Source: Hypanus sabinus
Lineage: Eukaryota
Assembly: GCF_030144855.1 (NCBI RefSeq)
Contig: NC_082710.1
Coordinates: 40,362,001-40,426,000, forward strand
Length of the DNA: 64,000 nucleotides
Direction: 5' to 3'
Shown one piece after another: positions 1-11,511 of this stretch. The notes below the pieces were generated by a model that was given only the letters and a program-made list of their open reading frames with translations, ran no database searches and had not been told where the DNA came from. Numbering within the stretch: the first letter of the stretch is position 1; every line of letters starts with the position of its first letter. The position numbers and the translations under genes are program-made.

Positions 1-1275
1 GAATTGATATCATTTTTTACCAATGGAGCAACTCCACTGCCTCTGTTTTCCTGCCTATTCTTTTGAAACAATGTGTATCCTTGGATATTAAGCTCCCAGC
101 TTTAAATTTCTTTCAGCTATGGTTCAGTGATGCCCACAACATCATACATGCCATTCTGCAACTGTGCTGCAAGTTCATCTTCCTTATTCCATATATTGCA
201 TTTATTCAAATGTAACACCTTCGGTTCTGTTTACCTTTTCAACTCATCCAGTTGACTGCAATTTTGCCCTATCAACAGCCTATCCTAACTACACTTTGCC
301 TCCGTTTGTAAACCAGCTACCTCATCTTACCCACCTTTCCTACGATGCTTCTTGCATTGAAATATATGCAGCTAAGGGACTCTGGTCACACCATGTTCAA
401 CCTCTTGATTCCTAACTTTGTCAGTGATCTTACCTACATCTGCCTCTGCAACCTTTCCCCTAGCTGTTCTGTCACTCTGGTTCTCATCCCCCTGCAACGC
501 TGGTTTAAACCCTGCCATGCAGCATTAACAAACCTTCCCGCTAGAATATTAGTTCCCCCTCCAGTTCATGAGCAAACAGTCCCTCTGTACAGGCCCCACC
601 TTCCCTGTAAGAGAGCACAATGATTCAAAAATCTTATGCCCCCCTTCCACACCAACTCTTTAGCTACCTATTAAACTGTATAGTCTTCCGAGTTCTGGCT
701 TCACAAGCATGTTTGCAAACATGAAATCACAACCCTGGAGGCTCTGCCCTTTAACTTAGCACCTTACTCTCTAAACTTCCTATACAGAACCTCAACACTC
801 GCCCTCCCCATGTCATTGTTAACTACATGGACAATGACTTCTGGCTTAAGAATGCTGAGGACTTAATCCAACATATCCTGGAACCTGGCAATATACCATA
901 CGGGAGTCTCATTCTTGTCCACAGAACCTCCTGTCCGTTCCCCTAACTAATGAATCTCCTATCACCACAGTGTGCCTCTTCTTCCCCCTTGCTTAGTGAT
1001 ATGACTGTTTTTGAGGGAAATGACAACAGGGATACTCTGCACTGGCTCCTTTCCTCTTTCTGACTGTCACCTAGTTTCCTATGTCCTGCATCTTGAGGGT
1101 AACTACCTCTCTATATGTCCTATATATCACCCCCTCAGCCCCTCCAATGATCCAGAGTTCATCCACAGAACCTCCCATTCCAACTCCAACTCCTTAACGC
1201 AAATTGTTAAATGCTACTGTTGGATGCACTTCTCATCAGAGACACTGGAGATCTCTCTGCCTTCCTACAAACATT
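1..1275 (-). mobile_element. CR1 LINE 5' region: decayed ORF1 (Cys-rich/leucine zipper plus SGNH esterase) and start of the ORF2 APE endonuclease; runs off the window edge
   Basis: Minus-strand translation gives KCIQQ*HLTICVKELELE and IERxLPSR-like CR1 ORF1 motifs, an esterase segment at ~550-950, and an APE start (YDVVGITEP..WELNIQGYTLFQKNRQ) at 1-160. Confidence 0.85.
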
Positions 1276-1695
1276 AGCTCGTTCCCCGCTCTTGGGTCAG
1301 GCTCTGCTGCCTCGATTCAGCCTTTACACATCATCCCATAACCATCCTGCACCTTTGAGTCTTCAGTTCACTCTGCAAAAAATGCCAGCTCGTGCAGGCA
1401 GTTCAAAAGCTTGACTACAAAAGGGATGTTACAGCAAGTAATCATTTTCAAGAAGAAGTGTGTTAATAAAGTAATTAATAGTTGTTTATGCTGCCTGCAA
1501 GTCTTCGTTGTGCTTCACCAGCACCCTCTTAAACTTTATAACAACAACTAATAATAGAATAAACCTCATAATGTTCAGTAGCTGTCAAATCTGTTGAAAA
1601 ACTTTTGCCTGGTTAGTGATTTGTAACCCTGCAGGGTAGGCACTAAGTCAGAGGTTACAAACACGTAACTTGTCTTCTTTGGATACCACTTTAGC

Positions 1696-2240
1696 TCACT
1701 TACCGTGGCTATTGTGCATCCACTTAGTTTTACCTTCTGCCTTCACCACCGAGTTAGTAATTGACAGCAGTTGATCATGACCTTCCCATCCAGCTCCCAG
1801 TGGTTCCTTGTGCAGTTTCTTAATCAGGACCCATTCACCAGGAATCAGCATGTGCCGTCCTTCTGTTGCATCACTCCAAGCAGCAGAAACCCAATGAGGG
1901 GCAGACTGGACAGCTTGGGTTAATTTCGCACAATAGTTAACTAAACTGTCTGCCATAATATGTATATCACCTTCTCTGAAATCAGGAGGCTATCTGCAGT
2001 GACATTAGGATTTCCTGTCGCTATCTCATATAGACTTAATTTATTTTTCTTGTTTGGGGTTATTCAGATATTACACAAGATCATAGAAAGAAAAGTAGAC
2101 TTTTCTATGCCTTCCTCATGATACTTTGTTGTCATTTGAAGGTTCCATTCATTTATTCGACCTGTCCTATTGACCCTGTGATGTGGACAATAAAAAGACC
2201 ATGCCAAGTTCCACTTCTGTATCTATGGCCAGTGAATGTG
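1696..2240 (-). pseudogene. pol: Endogenous retrovirus pol remnant: integrase core end and C-terminal domain (class I, epsilon/gamma-like)
   Basis: Translation across frameshifts and stops: WSFYCPHH..SIGQVE*MNGTFK..LSMILCNI*ITPNKKNKLSLYEIATG, then ORF 1696..1956 HMLIPGEWVLIKKLHKEPLGAGWEGHDQLLSITNSVVKAEGKTKWMHNSHGK. Matches retroviral IN motifs HPQSSGxVERxN, TP..LSPYE..GRP and WxGPYxVLLTT..KVxG..WIHxSH. Confidence 0.9.
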
Positions 2241-2604
2241 GAAGCTGGGAAAGACTTCCCCCTTCTCAGCGGAGAACAGAGAGGCTGATGGGAATGTTGT
2301 CAAATGTTCTATGGCTCTGGCTTTGCAGCTCTATTTCGGTTAATAAATCATCATTTCCTCAAGAAATGAGGCCTCAATCAAAAGAACTGTCATCAGCTGC
2401 AGAATGATATAATAAAAGAAAAGATAGGAGACACTATCTGTTGAAATAGAATAACTTAATAGTTCATGTTTGGGGCTCTTCATCAGACATGGAAAAATAT
2501 TTAGCAGGCCCTAAGCCTCCAATATTTTGCCTAGTTGGAGCATTATCTCCTGACTAATAGAAGCCAACTTCCTAAATGCCTTCTTAACCACAAGCACACA
2601 TAGA

Positions 2605-2735
2605 CACAAGAGATTCTGTAGATGATGGATATCATGACCAAAACACACAAAATACTGGAGAAGCTCCTCAAGCTGGGCAGCATACATGGAGGGGAATAAA
2701 CAGATGAGGTTTTAGCCAAGATCTTACATCGGGAG
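2605..2735 (-). mobile_element. Penelope pseudo-LTR remnant (decayed hammerhead)
   Basis: cacaagagattctgtagatg..aacacacaaaatactggag..ggcagcat..gttttagccaagatcttacatcggg is similar to the pLTR at 3121-3256. Confidence 0.7.
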
Positions 2736-2990
2736 TTTCTCTATTTAATCATCTGGCTCCATGAACATACCATGAACAACTGCACCTAACTTGCTGTTGT
2801 CTGTGAACTTCCTGATCATCCACATCCAAATCATTCACATATACTATGAATAGCAAGTGTCCGACCACCAATCCCTGGGGATTATCACTAGTCACAGGTA
2901 TGTAATCACAAAACAACCATCTACCATCACCGAACACACACAAAATGCTATGGAACGCAGCAGGCCAGGCAGCATCTATAAGAAGAAACA

Positions 2991-3028
2991 CAGTTGACGT
3001 TTCAGGCCGAGACCCTTCGTCAGGACTA
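2991..3028 (-). ncRNA. Minimal type I hammerhead ribozyme motif (Penelope pLTR type), catalytic core intact
   Basis: Minus strand reads TAGTC-CTGACGA-AGGGTCTCGGCCT-GAAAC-GTC-AACTG: CUGANGA and GAAA boxes, stem II AGG/CCT, palindromic ACGT stem III, GUC cleavage triplet; one mismatch at the base of stem I. Confidence 0.8.
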
Positions 3029-3121
3029 ACTGAAAGAAAACATAGTAAGAGATTTGGAAGTAGGGGGGGAGGAAGAATCCAAAATCCTACTTTCAAATCT
3101 CTTACTATCTTTTCTTTCAGT

Positions 3122-3159
3122 TAGTCCTGACGAAGGGTCTCGGCCTGAAACTTCGACAG
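3122..3159 (+). ncRNA. Minimal type I hammerhead ribozyme motif, GUC mutated to UUC
   Basis: TAGTC-CTGACGA-AGGGTCTCGGCCT-GAAAC-TTC-GACAG; stem I GTC/GAC. Confidence 0.72.
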
Positions 3160-4420
3160 TGCTTCATCCTATAGATACTGCCTGGCCTGCTGCGTTCCAC
3201 CAGCATTTTGTGTGTGTTGCTTGGATTTCCAGCATCTGCAGATTTCCTTGTGTTTACATCTATCATCACCCACTGTCTCTTATTTCCAAGCCAAATTTGG
3301 ATCCAATTTACCAACTTGCCATAGGTCCCATAGATCCTATCCTTTTGGACTAGTCTCCCATGCCATTGACAAGCCATGCTGACTATCTCTAATTAGTCCC
3401 TGTCTTTCCAAGCAAGTGCTAATCCTGTCCTTTGGAATTGTTCTAATAACTTCTCTATTGCTACTGTTATAGGCTCATGGGTTATCAGTGTTTTCTGCTG
3501 TACTCCATGAAAAGAGACCCATATTTGTCATATGGTACCTCCCTCGTGACCAGAGAAGATTTAAAAATCTCAGACAAAGCTCCACCTACCTCTTCTATTG
3601 TTCCAATTGTCCCTATTGGTCTATGTTCTTTCATTGATTATTCTTTGGCCCTTAAAACACCTTTGAATTTACCATAATCCTTTTTACCAATGATAAGCAT
3701 CTACCTTTTTGACTCCTCCCATCTTCTATATCAGCTACATTAGTTCTAATTTCCCTTTATCTAACTTTCAATGTCCCTCAAGATCCAAAGTTCCCTGTAC
3801 CAGTTACCTTGGCTTCCCCCCTTATAGTAACACATAGTATCTGAACTCTCATTATTTCTTCTCAGATGGCTTCACACTGTACTAATTTAGAGGAATGACG
3901 TGCTGTGGATGTAGTGTATTACCTACATGTAGATACTCCCAGTCTACATTTGCCAGATCCTGAATTATTTTAATGAAATTTGTGTTTCCCCAGTAAGATC
4001 TTTATTTCTGTTCAATCATCATAACCAGCTTGAAATACATGGCTACAATTGCTAACATCCAAAATATTCCTCTGCTGATGTTTAATACTGCTCTTTCCCT
4101 TGTTCACTGATCTACATACTGTACCAAAAACTTCTCTTGTACACACTTTAATCTACTATCCCTTCTGTGCTAAAATAATCTTGGAGTAGATAAAAAGGTC
4201 AGGGCAACATTGTGGGCTGAAGGGCCTGTATTCTACCGTACTGACCGATGTTTTATGATCCCACTAATTATTTAGGAAATTGAAATCCCCTAGTACTATA
4301 ACCCAATATGTACTATAACTCTTTGCTACTTAACCTGCATATCCATTCCTCAGTTTGTTGTTGCCTGCTAAGAGGTCTGTAATACTCATCTAGCAAATTG
4401 ATGTTTTTCTTCCTAATGTG

Positions 4421-4722
4421 AGGCAGCACAACAGCATAGTGGTCAGTGCCAGCGATCATAGATTGGAGATCAATTCCCACCACTGTCTGTAAGGAGTTTG
4501 TATGTTCTGCCCATCATCATGTGGGTTTCTTGCAGATGCTCTGGTTTCCTCCCACATTCCAATATACAGTTAGGGTTAGTGACTTGTGCCCTGCTGTGTT
4601 GGTCTCAGAAGTGTGGTGACAGTTGCCTAGAATAAGCCTCACTGATTTGATTTGACACTAATGACATATTTACTGAATGTTTCAATGTATATGCAACAAA
4701 TAAAACTAATCTTATCTAATCT
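4421..4722 (+). mobile_element. HE1-like V-SINE (tRNA head plus V domain) with Rex1/L2-type tail
   Basis: aggcagcaca..gtggtcag (A box), gatcaattccc (B box), V domain ctgtaaggagtttgtatgttct..gtgggtttc..gctctggtttcctcccacattccaa, tail aaataaaactaatcttatct. Confidence 0.85.
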
Positions 4723-5124
4723 ATACTCATGTTTCTTCATTTGAGAAAACTTCTAACATATTGTTCTAATTGTTCCATGTACAGAGAAAGTGCTGAGTCC
4801 TCTTCTATCGTTCAAAGCTGAAACCGAATCTGCCACAGCTGCTGCCTGTTGCTCTTCATTGGTCATTGAGGGAACGACACTACTTCTTTCATCCAGATCT
4901 CAATGCTGTTCCTCTTCCAACATATCAACAAAGTTGCACTATCGACAGAATATACTTTTTTGAGGACAGTAAATGTTCAAACCAGTGGTGGTGCTCAATG
5001 CAAAAAAGTAGCAATGCTCAGGCCACCTAGAGGACTCACTTATTTCAGAATCAGAATCAGGTTTATTATCAACGGCATGTACGCTTACTAAGGTACACTT
5101 CCACATTTGTATAGTAAAAAAAAT

Positions 5125-6200
5125 TCAAGGTTCAAGAGTTCTTTTTATGTCATTTTCAGTACACAAGTGTAAAGGAGAACAAAATAATTGTTACTTTGGA
5201 TCCAATGTAGCACAAGAAAAACAATAACGTAAAGAACACAATAAAAATACAAAAACACACAATAAATGTGTAAGATAATCTATATGAGTAGATTGATTGA
5301 ATGTCCATGAAGTGATGCTAGGCACAGGAGTGTTTGAACATAAGGTGACTGACAGGAACTGATAAAGTAGTGGTGACTGGGGTTAGTGGGTGAAGGTGAA
5401 GTGAAGATCAGCCTTACTGCTTGGGGAAGGTAACTGTTTTGAGTTTGGTGGTACTGGTGTGGATGCTACATAGCCTCCTCCCTGCTGGGAATGGGAGAAA
5501 CAGTTCCTGAGCAGAGTGGGTGGGATCCTTCATGATATTACTGGCCATTTTCTAGCACCTTTCATATATATGTCCTTGATGGCAGACGATGCATCAAGCA
5601 GTTTTGAGTGCCCATCAAGAGCCTTCCTGTTCGCCGTAGCGCAGTTTCCGTACCACGCAGTGATGCAGCACAATAAGACATGCTCTACTGCACATCTGTA
5701 GTATGACATGAGTTTAGATGTGCATAGTCCAGCTTGCTTCAGCTTCCACAGAAAGAAGAGGTGTTGGAGAACTTCCCCTGTTTGTGAATAATGTGTACTG
5801 GGGCCATGGGAGGTTGCGTGAGATATGCACTCCCAGAAATTTGAGACAGATCACAGTTTCGAATTCTGTGCCGCCGATGTAAAAAGGGGCGTGAGTGGTG
5901 TGAGTTCTCCCAGAATCGATAACCGTCTCCTTTCTCTTGTTGACATTGAGGAAGCAGTTATTTGCCTGTCATCAGGACTCAAGCTTTTCACCTACTCTCT
6001 GTAGGCCACCTCAGCATTGTTGGTGGTGAGTCCCAGCACTGTTGTGTCATCCACGAGCTTGGCAATGTGATCACTGTTGTGTTTGACCATGCAGTCATGT
6101 GTGAGCAGAGTGTACAGCATTGGGCTCAAGACACAGCCCTAGGAAGCACCCATGTCGGGGATGTTGGGGAGGGAGGAGTGGTTGTGCATCCTGACTATCT
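5125..6200 (-). mobile_element. Rex1/Babar LINE, RT and 3' end
   Basis: Minus strand GASxGCVLSPMLYTLLTHDCMVKHNSDHIAKLVDDTTVLGL..FLNVNKRKETVIDS; (CTTGAA)n-type tail at ~5125. Confidence 0.85.
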
Positions 6201-6399
6201 AAGGGAGAGATCCAATTAAAAGTAAAAGTAATTGAGGTTAATTTTATATTTCAAACAGGCTTTGTTCAATTATAGATGACATGTTGCTACATGTTCGAAC
6301 TGGTTGCAAGTAATAAGCAATTATCACTGTTAATAAGGTAATAAGAGTTGTCTGGCAACTAAACTTTGTGTTTAATGGGTCATTATGTGAAAACTCCTT

Positions 6400-6710
6400 G
6401 AAAATCAATGAGTTGCTAAGTAGAGGATTCTGTCTCCACAAAGCTGGGACATATAGTTTAGCAACAACAGAGTTGTAGGACAGGAGCAGTTTATAAACTT
6501 GAGGAAAAGCAAGGCCATGCAAGGGTCTGAGAACAAGGATGTGAGCTTTAAAAGCAAGGCTTTGCGACAGTAAAGGGTCAATTTAGGTCAATGACCATTA
6601 GATTGATGGCTGAACAGAATTACATGTGAAAAAGAATGTGTGTTGGAATGAGATTGAGTTTATACATAGTGGAAGATGGGAAAGTGTTTGATTAGAGGAG
6701 TCTCTAGGTA
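6400..6710 (-). mobile_element. Old L2 LINE 3' fragment
   Basis: gcaaggccatgcaagggtctgagaacaaggatgtgagctttaaaagcaagg resembles the reverse complement of the L2 ORF2 C-terminal region; highly decayed. Confidence 0.45.
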
Positions 6711-7169
6711 CTCAATATAGCACGCACACACTGCTGGGTAGAACAACACAGAGCACAAGAAGCAACAAATCAGCCTGTGGTAGGCAATGGGAAGGGGCAA
6801 GAATGGAATCAATGGGTACACATGAAGCAACTGTCAAGTCATGGTGAATAGAAACTATCCCAACAAGTTCTTTGGATCCAGCTCTTGAGAAACAAAAGCC
6901 AAAATACCAGTTCAGTTGCCAATAAAATTATTCTCAACTTCACAAAAGGAACTAATATGTGTCCACATGTTTGCATGCAGATAAACCAGGACAACATCTC
7001 TTTTAGTCCAACAAATGCTGATCACCTCCAAAAGTCTAAACACATCCCCAGTGGATTCAGTATTGTCAAATTCATTCACTAATAACATCCCAGGACATGC
7101 ACTGGCCAAAAGTTAACTGAATCCAGCTTCATTAACACTGTCATCCAAGAACAGCTTAGTGGATGTTTA

Positions 7170-9560
7170 TAAGACCGTAAGACATAGGAGCACTTAGGCC
7201 ACTTGGCTAATCCATTTTCTCTCTCAGCCCCAATCTCCTGCATTCATCCCGTAACCTTTCATGTTCTGACCAATCAAGAATCTTTCAAACTCTGTCTTAA
7301 ATATACATAAAGACTTGTGCAAAGAATTCCACAGATTCAATACTCTCTGGCTAAAGAAACTCCTCCTCATCTCTGTTCTAAAATGATGCCCCTCTATCTT
7401 GAGGCTTTGTCCTCTGGTCTTAGACACATACACCACAGGAAATATCCTCTTCACACCCACTTTATCAATGCCTTTCACCATTCAATATGTTTCAATTAGG
7501 TCATCCCTCATTCACTAAATTCCAGTGAATACAGGCACAGAGCCATCAAATGCTCTTCATATGACAAACTGTTCAATCCTGCAATCATTTTTGTCAACTT
7601 CCTTTGAACTCTCTCCAGTTTCAGCACATCCTTTACTTAGATAAAGGGACCCAGAACTGCTCACAATACTCCAAGTGAGGCTTCACCAGTATTTTATAAG
7701 GTCTCAGCATTATATCCTTGCTTTTATATTCTTGTCCCCTCGAAATGAATACTAACATTGCACTTGTCTTCCACACCACAGGCTCAACCTGCAATTTAGC
7801 CTTTAGAGAATCTTGCATAAGGACTCCCAAGTCCTTTTGCACCTCAGTTTTTTTTTGTATTTTCAAAAAGAGTCCACCCTTTCATTTTTTCTACCAAAGT
7901 GAATGACCATACTCTTCCTGACACTAAATTTCCATCTGCCATTTCTTTGCCCTTTCTCCTAATCTGTCTAAGTCCTTTTTGTGCCTATTTCCTCGAAATT
8001 ACCTGTTCCTCCATCTATCGTCATATCAACTGCAAACTTAGCAACGTCATCCAAATCATTGGCATATAAGATAAAAAGAACCGTCCCAACACAGACCCCT
8101 GTGGAACACCACTAGTCACCAGTCAGAAAATGTTCCCTTTATTCCCACTCTTTGCCTCCTGCCAATCATTCACTACTTTATCCATGCTAGAATCTTTCCT
8201 GTAATGCCATGGGCTCATAGCTTGTTTAGCAGCCTCATATGCGGTACCTTCTCAAAGGCCTTCTGAAAATCCAAGAACACAAAATCAAAATGATTCTCCT
8301 TTATCTATCCTGTTTGTTATTTTTTTACAGAATGCCAACAGATTTGTCAACTAAGATTTTCCCTTGAGGAAACCATGCTGATTTCAGACTATTTTATCAT
8401 GTGCCTCCAAGTACCCTGAGACCTCATCCTTAACAATTGACTCCAACATCCTCTCAACCAGTGACTAACTGGAGAAAGTTTCCTTTCTTCTGGCTCTCTC
8501 CTTACTTGAAGAGTGGAGAGACAGAATATAGTGCTTCTTGAAAGATTGTTACTAATGGCTCCACAATCTCTTCAGCCACCTCTTTCAGAACCCTGGGATG
8601 TACACCATCTGATCTATGTCATTTATCTAGCTTCAGAACTTTTTGTTTCCTAAGAACCATCTCCCTAGTAATGGGAACTTCCACCATACTGCTAATGTCT
8701 TTTACAGTGAAGACTGATACAAAATGTTTATTCAGTTATCCACCATTTCCTTGTCTTCCATTATCCACTCTTGCCTCCCTTTTACACTTTATGTATCTGA
8801 AGAAACTTCTGGCATCCTTTTTAATATTATTGTCTAGCTTACTTTCATATTCCATCTTTACCTTCTTAATGACTTCTTTAGTTGCCTTCTGCTGGTTTTT
8901 AAAACCTTCCCAATCTTCTAACTTCCTAATATTTTTGTTCTATTATCCTTGGCTTTTATGTTGGCTTTGAACTCACTTGTTAGCCATGGCTGTGTCACCT
9001 TGCCTTTAGAATGCTTCTTCTTCTTTCCTGGGCTTCTGAATTGCTTCCAGAAATGCCAGCCATTGCTGCTCTGCCATCATTCCTGCCAGTGTTCTTTTCC
9101 AATCAATTCTGGAAAACTCCTATCATGCCACTGTAATTTCCTTTGCTCCACTGTAATACTGATACATCTGACTTTCCCTTCTTCTTCTCAAATTTCAAGG
9201 TGAATCATTCTATTCTGACCCACACTGGCATGTAGCACAGACAACAATCCAGAGATCATTACCCTGGAGGTGCAGTTTCTTAGATTTCTCCCTAGCTCCC
9301 TAAAATCTCTCTTCAGGACCTCCTCACATTGTTTACTATTGTCAGTGGTGCCAATATGTACCAAGACTTCTGGCTGCTCTCCCTCACCTTTGAGAAGTCC
9401 ATGCACATGACCCGAGACATCCCTGATCCTGGCATCAGGGAGGCAACGTACAATCTGGGTGTCTCTAACTCATGAACAGAACCTCGTCTCTGTTCCTCTG
9501 ACTAAGGAATCTCCTAGCAACACTGCAGTCCTCTTCACCTCTACATTCTTCAGCCACAGC
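7170..9560 (-). mobile_element. CR1 LINE with internal deletions, from ORF1 esterase to the 3' tail
   Basis: ORFs 9188..9406 (EQPEVLVHIGT) and 9470..9673 (AVLLGDSLVRGTE) are ORF1 esterase; 7633..7866 (VKPHLEYCEQFW) and 7224..7481 (FFSQRVLNLWNSL) are the ORF2 C-terminus; tail taagaccgtaagacatagg. Confidence 0.9.
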
Positions 9561-9719
9561 ACCAGAGACCTGGTCACTGTGGCTCCCCCCCCCCCCCCAC
9601 CCCCGGTGCAGAAGTAACTTCCTAAAAGACTTCCAAAGTATAAAAGGAAAAAGTTAGAGCTGGTGTGAAACATACTTAACTACCATCAGTGGCTGCAACT
9701 CCAAAAGTAATTTGGAAGA

Positions 9720-10540
9720 CAAATCATTGGCGGCGGCATCCCTATGTCTCAAGAGACAATGGCATGACACCTTTCTGATGGTTCTTGAGGTTGTAAATTT
9801 GGGGCTATTTGCACTTTCTGGAGTAGCTGTACAGCCCCACTCTAGAGTGACAGTGTCTTTCACAGTGGCTGCAGGTGAAGGAGGAAGGTGCTCTGGGTGA
9901 TGCAGCTCTGGTTTTTCTTCTGATTCTCTTGTTGATGAGCATGTTGGTCCTTGCTATCTCAGCACGTTGTGCATCACTTGTGTGGCCCTCCATGCTATCT
10001 GGTCTTCAACTGTTTCCTCCCATGTGTTGAGGTCAATGCTGCCAGCTTCATGCCTCACTTGCAAACATCCCTGTAGAGGAGGCATGGTCTTCCTCGTGGG
10101 CGGTAACCCTCACTCAGCTCGCCTCGTCCCTCTGTTTGACACAGTCCAACCATCTGAGGCATCTGGATACTGGAGGGGGTCAGCCTGCCACAGAACCTCT
10201 GTGATTCAGTCCTGCCAGGAGATGTGCAAGATGCACTTGAAGTAGAGTTGGTGGAACTAGATTAGACTCTTCTCTTGGCTGGTGTGTGTGGCGTCCAAGC
10301 CTTGCTGATGTAGAGGAGTGTAGTGAGCACACATGCTTGGTCTTCTTTGTCGCTGTCTGTTGCTCTACACTTTCTTGTTTAACTTGGCCACGACAGCTGC
10401 AGCTTTGGTGATTCTGCTTCTCACCTCTGCTTCGAGGGACATGGAAATGTTGATGGCTGGCCCAAGATAGGTAGAGGTCTATCTTGGGGAAGACTAATGC
10501 CACCTGGGAAAAAGCATTCTGCTTGGTTCACACACAATGC
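9720..10540 (-). mobile_element. RTE-clade LINE 3' fragment
   Basis: C-terminal C2H2-like motif FTCSHCERHCHSRVGLYSYSRKC (ORF 9805..9993); upstream CILHISWQD and SIDLNTWEETVED motifs. Confidence 0.85.
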
Positions 10541-10552
10541 ATGACCTTAATT

Positions 10553-10727
10553 TAGACACAAGAAAAATACAAATGCTGTAAACCTGAAGCAGCAGACACA
10601 AAGTGAAGGAGGAACTCAGCAGGCCAGGCAGCATCTATGTATGGAGATGATCAGCCAATGTTTCAAGGCAAGACTCTTCATCAAGACTCACTTTTGGGTG
10701 AAGAATCTCAACCTGAAACATCAAAAG
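10553..10727 (-). mobile_element. Penelope pLTR remnant with a short inverted hammerhead copy
   Basis: gaactcagcaggccaggcagcatctat..tgtttcaaggcaagactcttcatcaagact, followed by inverted ggtgaagaatctcaacctgaaacatcaa. Confidence 0.75.
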
Positions 10728-11511
10728 ACAAAATCAAAGTGCCAAAATTAATCAGGGGTGATTAGGGAATCGCCATAAATGTTGGTTTTACCACGAAAGT
10801 GCACACCACATGAATGAATTCAAATTTATGGCAAAGTTTCCATCATTCTTTCACACATATCACAGCAGAAGCATTCTGCCGGGAATTCTATCCCTGTGCA
10901 GTTTCAATGTCAATCAGTTGAAATGAGAGGAATGTGTAAACAGAGGGCACGACACCACCAATTCCCTATGTTATCACACTCTACGTATCAAAAGAATCCT
11001 TTATAATCTAATGATTTGAATTGCTTTACTTAAAGGAAATAGAATTTGTATTTCACTCCATTAGACTTCCAGATTCTTTCACAAATGAAATTGAAGAAGT
11101 GTGGATTCAGTGAAGCATCTGACAAAAGAAAGAAATCTGTGGATTTAAATAAAAACATAACTTTTTTTTGAGAAATGAAGACTTATACACATCAAAATGA
11201 CTGTGCTTCACCATCTGGTACATGAAACAATTGCCTCAGTAACTGCACTGAGACATTACTCAAAAAAACTGCTCAAAATTGGACACAAAACTGACTATGG
11301 CTATATTATGATTTAATCCAATGCTTGAAACATATTCTTCCTCTTGCATTATATACATAACATCTGTCGTGTGTATAAGATCTCAGGAAATTAAGCATAA
11401 AAATGTATTTTTATGCTTGAGGTTACTTTGAGATCTTCAGCAGCATGGCAAAGCTGATATCTATCCTATGCTTGTCGTTCCCATCACAATTGCGCGAAGA
11501 CTCAGAATGAA

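Larger units (their letters stand above)
2932..3256. mobile_element. Non-autonomous palindromic Penelope-like mini-element (inverted pLTR pair) with 14-bp TSD
   Basis: Arms 2933-3064 and 3086-3218 are near-perfect reverse complements with a 21-nt spacer; TSD catctaccatcacc (2918-2931) / catctatcatcacc (3257-3270). Confidence 0.88.
2748..4420 (-). mobile_element. Decayed CR1 ORF2 (RT to APE), interrupted by a Penelope mini-element (2932-3256) and a short CR1 tail (~4185-4256)
   Basis: ORF 2749..3096 contains PVTSDNPQGLVVGHLLFIVYVNDLD (CR1 RT); ORF 3117..3377 contains LVNWIQIWLGNKRQWVMID. Confidence 0.8.
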
